A DNA stretch of 64,000 nt from an uncultured Acidobacteriaceae bacterium (lineage in GTDB: Bacteria > Acidobacteriota > Terriglobia > Terriglobales > Acidobacteriaceae). The DNA is taken from the NCBI GenBank assembly GCA_963716385.1, contig OY970305.1, positions 2,187,614-2,251,613 on the forward strand. Reading direction: 5' to 3'. The notes beneath the pieces were generated by a model. The model did no database searches. It was not told where the DNA came from and saw only the letters and a list, made by a program, of their open reading frames with translations. This document shows, in pieces, positions 18,632-26,279 of the stretch (the stretch's first letter is position 1; each line of letters begins with the position of its first letter). The position numbers and the translations under genes were made by a program.

Positions 18632-19846
18632 CTACTGGATGCGCTCGAAGCGAAAGCCGGCTTCGCGCAGGGCGTGGCTGATGGCGGTGATGTGGGTGGC
18701 GCCGCGGGTTTCGAGCGTGACATCGATCACGGTTTCTCCCAGGCTGACGCCGTAGTAGGCGCGATTGTGGACGGTTTCAGTGATGTTGGCGCGCTCACGG
18801 GCCAGAATCTGGGTGAGGGCCAGCAGTGCGCCGGGGCGGTCCTGGAGGTAGACGCGGACGCGCAGCAGGCGGCCGTCCTTGACCAGGCCGCGCTCGATGA
18901 TTTTGGCCAGCAGCGTGACGTCGATGTTGCCGCCGCAGACCAGCACCACGGTGCGGCGATGGCGCAGGTTGGTCCTGGACTGGACAACAGCGGCAAGTGC
19001 GGCGGCGCCGGCGCCCTCGGCCAGGGTCTTTTCCTGCTCCAGCAGCATGAGGATGGCGCTGGCGATCTCTTCGTCGTCGACGGTGACGATTTCGTCTACG
19101 TAGCGGAGTACTAATGGCAGGGTGAGGTCGCCGGCGCGGCGCACGGCGATGCCATCGGCTATGGTGGCCTCGGCGGCGATGGTGACCGGATGGCCGGCCT
19201 CGCGGGCGCGCAGCATCGAGGGCAGCTTCTCCGGCTCGACGCCGATAACGCGAATCTTCGGATTGGTTTCCTTGAGGGCGCAGGCGACGCCGCCGATGAG
19301 CCCGCCGCCGCCGATGGGGACGACGACGGCTTCGATGTCGGGCACCTGGTCGAGCAGTTCGAGGCCGATGGTGCCCTGGCCGGCGATGACCTCGGGGTCG
19401 TCGAAGGGATGGATGAAGGTTCGGCCCTCCTCGACGCGGCGGCGCAGGGCTTCGTCACAGGCCTCGTCGTAGCTGGCGCCGTGGAGGATGACTTCAGCCC
19501 CGTAGCCGCGCGTGGCCGCCACCTTGACCAGTGGGGTGGCCAGGGGCATGACGATCTGAGCGCGGATGCCGCGGGCGGCGGCGTGGAAGGCGACCCCCTG
19601 GGCGTGGTTGCCGGCGCTGGCCGCGATGACTCCGCGCTTGCGCTCGGTTTCGCTGAGGGTGAGCAGCTTGTTGAGCGCGCCGCGCTCTTTGAAGGAGCCG
19701 GTGCGCTGCAGGTTTTCGAGCTTCAGATGCAGGGGCAGGCCGGTCAGTTCGGAGAGATGGTGCGAGAGATGGCAGGGCGACATGTGGATGGCCTCGCCGA
19801 TGCGCGCGCGCGCCGTCTGGATGCTGGTGAGGGTGACGGATTCCAA
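18632..19846 (-). CDS. ilvA: Threonine ammonia-lyase with C-terminal ACT domain
   Basis: KLENLQRTGSFKERGA, ASAGNHAQG, VPIGGGGLIGG, EGAGAA, CGGNID. TTG start after GAGGAG. Confidence 0.9.
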   Translation of the reverse strand: MESVTLTSIQTARARIGEAIHMSPCHLSHHLSELTGLPLHLKLENLQRTGSFKERGALNKLLTLSETERKRGVIAASAGNHAQGVAFHAAARGIRAQIVMPLATPLVKVAATRGYGAEVILHGASYDEACDEALRRRVEEGRTFIHPFDDPEVIAGQGTIGLELLDQVPDIEAVVVPIGGGGLIGGVACALKETNPKIRVIGVEPEKLPSMLRAREAGHPVTIAAEATIADGIAVRRAGDLTLPLVLRYVDEIVTVDDEEIASAILMLLEQEKTLAEGAGAAALAAVVQSRTNLRHRRTVVLVCGGNIDVTLLAKIIERGLVKDGRLLRVRVYLQDRPGALLALTQILARERANITETVHNRAYYGVSLGETVIDVTLETRGATHITAISHALREAGFRFERIQ

Positions 19847-20191
19847 GAGATTCTCCTCGACTAGAAAAATGGCTGACAATGCAAAAGCCACCAGCCGCGC
19901 TTGCGGGTGATGGCCTGGGTGTTGCTCAACTACTCAATCCGGTTCGTCAGGCTCTGGTTCCCGCGCGCGTGTTGTGGCGGCAAATTCGCATGGAGGGAAT
20001 AAACGGACAGCCGCGCATCGCTGGAAGGGGGATCGCGTTGGCCCTGGTGGTGTGCATGACGTTGAATGCAGTAGAGCAGAGGCTTGGGGGGCGCGTCAAG
20101 AAGGCCGCAGCGGCGAGGCTGCCGCGCGGGGCTCTGAAGCAAATACGCGGCGAGGGCGGGCTCCCGGTGCATGTGGGGCCGGTTTGTGCTT

Positions 20192-20239
20192 CCCCACTTC
20201 TCAAGATTGAGAAGTGGGGGGTCGGGATGTGGGGGCACC
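20192..20239. repeat. REP-like palindrome CCCCACTTCTCA-AGAT-TGAGAAGTGGGG with GCACC tail
   Basis: Perfect 12-bp stem at 20192-20219 and GCACC at 20235-20239. Same architecture as family A. Confidence 0.65.
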
Positions 20240-20259
20240 TGGCGCGGAGCGGTGGAGGC

Positions 20260-21936
20260 TCAGAGCTTTGCGATGACCTGATCGAGGATCATGCTGAGGG
20301 CCCTGTCGGCGACGGGGTCGGCAAGGATCGCCCAGTTGCCGATCAGCTCCTTCAACATCTGGTTGACGCGATTCTTGGTTCCTTCCTTGAACTGATTGAG
20401 GTCTGCGACGGGGGCATGGCTCAGCTTGAGGCCGTCCAGACGATGGTCGATGGGACGGATGGCGCTCAGGTTCGGGTCGTAATGAAGGGGACCGAGCGCT
20501 CCCTGGGCATTGACGACAGGATTGGTGAGGAAGTCGCGGGCATGCGAGCGGCCCACGTCGTAGTCGTGATCGCGAAAGGACTGGTCGAAGAAACCCAGAA
20601 AGGCGCTGAGTCCGGCTCCGGCCAGTTCGGTGTCCTTGGCCGTAACGCCGTAGATCTCCATGTGATCGCGCGCTCCCAGACCGGCGGCGGCCTCAAAGGC
20701 GAGCACCGCATCGCGGAAAGCTTCAGACTGACCGGGCGCGGCGCGAAGAGCGGCCATTTCCGCGCTGTACTGCCTGGCGATGCGCCCCTGGGCGGCGGCG
20801 AGCGTTTCGGGGGCGACTGCTCCCGGCGGGGTGTGCACGCCCTGGGGGAAGAACAGCGCCAGCAGGGAGTCAGCGGTTTTGGCCAACGAGGGAACGTCGA
20901 TCTCTCCGGCCAGGGTTGCCTTTTTCAGGCCGTCGGCTCTCTCATCGAGGAGCTGAATCTTTTGGTTGACACCCTCGGCCGTGATCCAATCCTGGAACTC
21001 CGATTGGCCGATCACGACGCCGACCAGCCGCTGAACGAGGTGCAGATAGTCGGCATTGCGCTCGTGGAAGTTGTCGTTGGCCTCGGCGTCCTTGGCGTTG
21101 GGAGAAACGAAGAGATAGAAGCGGGTCTCCTGGTTATCGTGGCCGTCGATCTCATCCACCATATTCTTGGCGATGCCCAGGGGCTGGTTCTGCAGAATGC
21201 CTCCGTCGGAGTAGGTGAAGGTCTGGGGATCGCTGGTCCACGGCTCAAGATTCTCGGGCGGGTAGTCCTGCGGCTCCAGGCGGGCAGAGCGCTCCAGGTC
21301 CTGGCTGCGGAAGGCGATGGGAAAGGCTCCGCAGGCCACGGCGGCCTGGCGCAACGGCTCCCAGAAATCCGCGTTGTCGCAGGCGGCGCCAGCGGCAATG
21401 CGAGTCAACTGGTCGCCGTAGCGGATGTAGATGAACTTGCCGTCCGGCTTGACCGGATAGCCGTAGTCGACGCCGTTGAGATTGGTGAGCGCCACGCCCA
21501 GGCGGATGGTTTGCGCCGCGGCGACGTGGGGGAGTGCGGGCGGCGGACTGGGCACCTGATAACGCGCCTTGATCAGTTCGTAGGAGATCTGCTGGATGAG
21601 ATCGGAGGAGAACAGGGAGTGCAGCGCGGGCTCGTCGGGCTGGGTGTTTTGCAGGCCCTGAAGACCGATTCTTTGGACCCAGGCGTAATAGAGAGGATTG
21701 TCATAGGGTCCGGCAAATGCATCGGCGCTGAACAGCAGCTTCTGCCCCAGAATGATGGCTGTCATGCCTCCGGCGGAAGCGCCGGTGAGAACGTCGATCT
21801 CGATCTTGTCGTCCTCGGCGGTGGCGGGGTTGGTGTTGTGCTGATGAAGCGCGTCGAGAACTTCGTAGAGAACGCCCGCTTCATAACTGCCGAGGGAGAC
21901 GGCCCCGGCGACGGTGATTGCCAATCTCTTCTTCAT
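20260..21936 (-). CDS. Patatin-like phospholipase family protein
   Basis: AGAVSLGSYEAG (Gly-rich loop), GASAG (catalytic Ser), CGAFP, SDGGILQNQP (catalytic Asp). Confidence 0.85.
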   Translation of the reverse strand: MKKRLAITVAGAVSLGSYEAGVLYEVLDALHQHNTNPATAEDDKIEIDVLTGASAGGMTAIILGQKLLFSADAFAGPYDNPLYYAWVQRIGLQGLQNTQPDEPALHSLFSSDLIQQISYELIKARYQVPSPPPALPHVAAAQTIRLGVALTNLNGVDYGYPVKPDGKFIYIRYGDQLTRIAAGAACDNADFWEPLRQAAVACGAFPIAFRSQDLERSARLEPQDYPPENLEPWTSDPQTFTYSDGGILQNQPLGIAKNMVDEIDGHDNQETRFYLFVSPNAKDAEANDNFHERNADYLHLVQRLVGVVIGQSEFQDWITAEGVNQKIQLLDERADGLKKATLAGEIDVPSLAKTADSLLALFFPQGVHTPPGAVAPETLAAAQGRIARQYSAEMAALRAAPGQSEAFRDAVLAFEAAAGLGARDHMEIYGVTAKDTELAGAGLSAFLGFFDQSFRDHDYDVGRSHARDFLTNPVVNAQGALGPLHYDPNLSAIRPIDHRLDGLKLSHAPVADLNQFKEGTKNRVNQMLKELIGNWAILADPVADRALSMILDQVIAKL

Positions 21937-22301
21937 GTCTTCGGTCAACCTCTTTTCGAGCGAGTTATCGAATTCAACTTGCGGTTCGTCCGGTCTGAGG
22001 GGAATTGGGACGCGGCCCCGGCTGCCGAAGCCGAGTCGGCTCTGCGATGCGCGCGCCCAGTTCCAGAGCTGTCCAATCTGGTGCGGTCCAATCGTTTCAA
22101 CTGGAAAGGCGGCGGACGCGTTGACATGGGGCTACGACAATTGGAGAGCGGGCAGACCGGGGAACGATCCCACGCCTTGAGTGGAACCCATGATGCACGG
22201 GATCGAAGCCATAGTCAAGATGGAAGCTGGCATGGACCGCAGGTTTCATGAAGATGAAACGCGGGCTTGATCGAAGGCGCAGTACGCAGTCCGGGCAGAC
22301 C

Positions 22302-23006
22302 TTAAAAGATGGTGGAAAGCATGGCGAAGGAATCGAGTTCGAGCAAGTGCTGGCCCGCTGGGGCGGGGTCGATTTCGGCGTGTTCCAGCACCCAGGTGTC
22401 TTTGTGGATGAGGAAGACAGCGTGCAGGCCGGCGGCGAGGGCAGGGTTGATGTCGCTTTTGGGGCTGTTGCCGATCATCCAACTGGTGTGGGGCGCGAGC
22501 TCATGGCGGGCGATGACCGCGCGATACGTGGCGGGGTCTTTTTCGGCGACGATTTCGACGGCGTTGAAGTGCGAAGCGAGGCCGGAGCGGCCCAGCTTGT
22601 CCGCCTGTTCTGCATGGTCGCCCTTGGTCATGAGGATGAGACGGTGGCGCAGCGCCAGCTCGGCAAGAGTATCGGCCACGCCGTGAAGCAACTCGATCTC
22701 CTGCTCGGCGATGGAGCGGGCGAAGCCCAGGATGCGCTGGGCCTTTTCTTCAGTGACCGGCGCGGGGCTGAGCCGCGCAAAGCAGGTGACCAGCGAGCGG
22801 GTAAAGCTGGTGAGGCCGTAGCCGTGGGCGAGGATGGTTTCGCGTTCCACGGCGTTGAGGGCCTGGCGCACTTCGGCGGCGGTGTACTGGTGGTGGTTCA
22901 GGTAACTGATGAAGCCGGCGATGGCGCGTTCGAAGTAGACGTTGTTTTCCCACAGCGTATCGTCGGCGTCGATAAGCAGGGTCTGGCTGGGAGGGAACCG
23001 AGGCAT
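22302..23006 (-). CDS. HAD family hydrolase
   Basis: LLIDADDTLWENN, MTKGD, EK, MIGNSPKSDINP. Confidence 0.87.
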   Translation of the reverse strand: MPRFPPSQTLLIDADDTLWENNVYFERAIAGFISYLNHHQYTAAEVRQALNAVERETILAHGYGLTSFTRSLVTCFARLSPAPVTEEKAQRILGFARSIAEQEIELLHGVADTLAELALRHRLILMTKGDHAEQADKLGRSGLASHFNAVEIVAEKDPATYRAVIARHELAPHTSWMIGNSPKSDINPALAAGLHAVFLIHKDTWVLEHAEIDPAPAGQHLLELDSFAMLSTIF

Positions 23007-23064
23007 GGATCTATGGTAGCGAACCGCAGCGCTTGTTTGAAGCGGCGAGCACAAACTGGAGGTT

Positions 23065-23095
23065 CCCAGGCCTCGAAAGCGAGACCTGGGACACC
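23065..23095. repeat. REP-like palindrome, family A (CCCAGGCCTC-GAAAGC-GAGACCTGGG-ACACC)
   Basis: Near-identical to the copy at 1591; intergenic, downstream of the aminopeptidase. Confidence 0.8.
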
Positions 23096-23127
23096 TGGGA
23101 ATTGCGGGTGCGTTGAGGACGCAGGAG

Positions 23128-25752
23128 CTAGAGTTTGGGCTGGGCCGCGAGCCAGGTCTTGAACTGGGGCTCCTGCAGAGTGCGCAGTTCGATGCAGCCG
23201 TCAATGCGCTCGACGGCGTGCTTGAGCGCAGTGTCAGAGGCGGGAACTTTGTGCGCGGCAAAGAAAGCCGTCACGCTGTCGCGGTCCGCCTCGGAGCAGA
23301 AGCTGCCGGTAGAACCCACCAGCACGGCGCCCATCTCGGTGGTCAACTGGGTCTGCACTTTGTCCCAGTGGGACTGGATGTACTGCCAGGCCAGATCGCG
23401 TGATTCGGGAATCTGCAGAGCGATGGCGAACTGGATGGCGGCGTCCTGGTTGCGGACTTTGCCGGAGGCGGCAAAATCCAGGGAGCGCTCAACGAGCGCG
23501 GGGTTTTCAAACTGGGCCAGCAGGCGTAGGGCGCCGATCTGGAACTCCGGATTGGTGGAGGTTTCGTATACCTTCTGCAACTTGTCGAAGAGAGCGGCAT
23601 CGCCGTTGCGGGCGGCGATGGCCAGGGCGGTCTGGCCCAGCGTGGGATCCACGGAGGCAGGGTCGGACAGGTATTTTTCGGCGATCTCGTGCGCCTGTGC
23701 CAGGACCGCGGGATCTTTGCCGTAGTAACCGAGGACGCCGAAGAGCTGGGCGCGCAATTCGCTGGTGTCGGGCGTATCGCTATCACTGGGCGGTCCGAGT
23801 TTGGCGTACTCCGGGGCAAAAGTGGCGCGAATCCAGCTGGCAAGTTCGGCCTTCTCTTCCGGAGTTGCAGCGACGCGGCTGTAAATGGCGTCGACGCCGC
23901 CGAGGGCGCTCGACAGAACCTGGGCGTTGGGATCGGCCCTGACAGCCTGCGTGAGGTTGAGAAAGTCGCCGACACTGGCCTTGCCGGCACGCAGCTGAGC
24001 CCACTCGTCGCCGATGAAGCTGATGCGCTCTGTGGGGGTGAGGCCGGTTTCGACATGCGCCACCAGGTCCGCATAAACACTGGGCGGATAGGCGCTGCGG
24101 TAGTAGCCCTTGCCGCCGGCGTTGGCGAACAAGAGGCTGCTCGCGGGCGCCTTGAGCGCGGTGGTGGAGGGCGTGAGAAGCTCACAATCCTCGGCCTCAT
24201 TGGTCTTGAAGCAAACAGGAAGCGTCCACTTCTGCGCGGGATTGGGCTGGATGCTGGGGCTCAGAAAAAAACGCCTCTGCTCGACAGCAACCTTGCCGTC
24301 CGCGGGCTCGCCAAAGGTGAGCAGCGGCACGCCGGGCTGGGCCACAAGCGAGTCCATGATCTTATCCACCGGCTTGTGGCTGGTGGCGGTCTGCGCGTTC
24401 CAGAAATCTTCCGCAGTTGCGTTCGAGTAGAGGTGGGCCGAGAGATAGTTGTGCACGCCCTTGCGGAAGGTTTCGGGGCCGAGGTAATTCTCGACCGTGA
24501 GCAAGACGTCGCTGGCCTTGCCGTAGGCGATGCCGTCGAACATCTGGTTGATTTCAGCGGGCGTGTCGGCCCTGGCGCGGATGGCGCGGGTGGTGGGTTG
24601 GGCGTCGAGGTTGAGCGTGCCGTCCAAGCCGTTGGCCACGTCCTGGTCGATGTTCCACTCAGGATGCATGGCGGCTACGGGCTTGTTTTCCATCCAGGTG
24701 GCGAAGCCTTCGTTGAGCCAGATGTTATCCCACCACTGCATGGTGACCAAGTCGCCGAACCACTGGTGGGCCATCTCGTGCGCGATCACAAGGGCCACGT
24801 TCTTTTTGGCGCCGACGGATGCGGTTTTGGGATCGATGAGCAGGTCGGTTTCGCGGTAGGTGATGGCGCCGAAGTTCTCCATGGCGCCGGCCTCGAAGTC
24901 GGGCAACGCGATGAGGTCGAGCTTTTTGAGCGGGTAGGGAATGCCGAAGTAGTTGTCGTAATAGTGGAGCACGTACTTGGCGACGTCGAGCCCGTAGGGC
25001 GTGAGCGCGACCTTATCCGGCGTGGCGCAGACGCGAATGGCAACGCCGTCTGATTCGCCGGCCGTGCACTGGAAGTCGCCGACCAGGAAGGCGACCAGGT
25101 AGGTGGACATTTTGGGCGTGGTGAGGAACTTGAGGGTGTGCTTGCCGGCGCCGGGCCCGGGCGTGTCGTTGACGATCGGCCCGTTGGAGATGCCGGTGTC
25201 GCCGGTGTCAACGACAATCGTGATGGAATAAGTCGCCTTGAAGGCCGGCTCGTCGAAGCTGGGGAAGGCGCGGCGCGCATCGGTGGGCTCGAATTGCGTG
25301 ACGGCGTAGTTGCGGTGGTCGCCTTTGGAGAGATAGAAGCCGCGCAATTCGTTGTTGAGGATGCCGGTGTAGTGGATGTCGAGGGTGGCCTTGCCCGCGG
25401 GAAGCTTGTCCGGGAAGGTGAAAGTGGCCTGCTGCTTTTGCGCGTCCAGCGTGACGGCGGCCGTCTGCTGTTTGCCGCCCGCGGTCACGGTGACGGACTG
25501 GAATTCAATCTCGGCGGCATTGAGCGTGATTGCGCTCACCGGCTCTTTGACGGTCACGTCGATGGATTCAACGCCGGTGAAAGTCGCGGCCTTGAGGTCG
25601 GGCGTGAGAGTGAGCGTGTAGTGGTCGGGAAGGACCGTCGTGGGCAGCCGCTGAGCCTGCGCTGTGCGCGAGGGGATGAAAGTGAGGCAGGCAAGTACGG
25701 CAGCAGCGGCAAAGGCCGTGCGCATCGAGAGAAGGGAACAGCGAATTTTCAT
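23128..25752 (-). CDS. Secreted M1 family aminopeptidase (PepN/ERAP1-like)
   Basis: Signal peptide, TQFEPTDARRAFP, GAMEN, HEMAHQWFGDLVTMQWWDNIWLNEGFA (HEXXH-X18-E). Confidence 0.93.
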   Translation of the reverse strand: MKIRCSLLSMRTAFAAAAVLACLTFIPSRTAQAQRLPTTVLPDHYTLTLTPDLKAATFTGVESIDVTVKEPVSAITLNAAEIEFQSVTVTAGGKQQTAAVTLDAQKQQATFTFPDKLPAGKATLDIHYTGILNNELRGFYLSKGDHRNYAVTQFEPTDARRAFPSFDEPAFKATYSITIVVDTGDTGISNGPIVNDTPGPGAGKHTLKFLTTPKMSTYLVAFLVGDFQCTAGESDGVAIRVCATPDKVALTPYGLDVAKYVLHYYDNYFGIPYPLKKLDLIALPDFEAGAMENFGAITYRETDLLIDPKTASVGAKKNVALVIAHEMAHQWFGDLVTMQWWDNIWLNEGFATWMENKPVAAMHPEWNIDQDVANGLDGTLNLDAQPTTRAIRARADTPAEINQMFDGIAYGKASDVLLTVENYLGPETFRKGVHNYLSAHLYSNATAEDFWNAQTATSHKPVDKIMDSLVAQPGVPLLTFGEPADGKVAVEQRRFFLSPSIQPNPAQKWTLPVCFKTNEAEDCELLTPSTTALKAPASSLLFANAGGKGYYRSAYPPSVYADLVAHVETGLTPTERISFIGDEWAQLRAGKASVGDFLNLTQAVRADPNAQVLSSALGGVDAIYSRVAATPEEKAELASWIRATFAPEYAKLGPPSDSDTPDTSELRAQLFGVLGYYGKDPAVLAQAHEIAEKYLSDPASVDPTLGQTALAIAARNGDAALFDKLQKVYETSTNPEFQIGALRLLAQFENPALVERSLDFAASGKVRNQDAAIQFAIALQIPESRDLAWQYIQSHWDKVQTQLTTEMGAVLVGSTGSFCSEADRDSVTAFFAAHKVPASDTALKHAVERIDGCIELRTLQEPQFKTWLAAQPKL

Positions 25753-25775
25753 GCAATCCTCGCGGGGTTGAACCA

Positions 25776-26279
25776 TCATTGCGCCGGATTCTTCTTCGGC
25801 AGCAGGGAGTCGAGCAGCAGCAGGCATGCGCCGATGACGATGGAACTGTCGGCGATGTTGAAGTCGGGAAAATGGTAGCTGAAGATGTGGACCTCGATGA
25901 AATCGACGACCGAGCCGTAGACGATGCGGTCGTGGACGTTGCCCAGCGCGCCGGCAAAGACGAGCGCCAGGGCAACCGTGGTGAGGCTGAAGCGGCTGCC
26001 CAGGCGCACCATCGCGATCAGGACCACCAGCGCGGCCAGAAACGAGAAGCCGATGAGGCTCCAGCGGACGACGCCGGGCGAGGCCGAGTCGGCAAACAGC
26101 GAAAAGGCCGCGCCCTCGTTGGTCCAGTGGCTGATGCGGAGGACGTGGGGGATCACGGGGATGGCGCCGCCGATGGGGATATGGAGCGCGACCCAGGTTT
26201 TGGTGAGGCGGTCAATGAAGATGATGAGCGCCGAGATAGCGAGGAGCCAGGGCAGGCGGCGTGGGGGCGTGAAGCTCAC
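25776..26279 (-). CDS. lspA: Lipoprotein signal peptidase II
   Basis: DRLTK, NEGAAFSL, GALGNVHDR, VVDFI, FNIADSSI. Overlaps the ileS stop. Confidence 0.95.
   Translation of the reverse strand: MSFTPPRRLPWLLAISALIIFIDRLTKTWVALHIPIGGAIPVIPHVLRISHWTNEGAAFSLFADSASPGVVRWSLIGFSFLAALVVLIAMVRLGSRFSLTTVALALVFAGALGNVHDRIVYGSVVDFIEVHIFSYHFPDFNIADSSIVIGACLLLLDSLLPKKNPAQ

Noticed and set aside
19930-20238. Short ORFs between ilvA and the patatin
   Set aside because: No recognisable domain, SD or codon bias in any frame, and they overlap a REP-like hairpin.
20260-21936. Patatin as a CBASS (CapV) or other defence effector
   Set aside because: No CD-NTase or other defence gene is adjacent, and the protein is much longer than typical CapV.
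19879-22251. 790-aa plus-strand ORF, and similar long opposite-strand ORFs (26783-29281, 52521-54986, 58349-61006, 7970-9481)
   Set aside because: Shadow frames of real genes caused by high GC at third codon positions; no motifs and biased composition.
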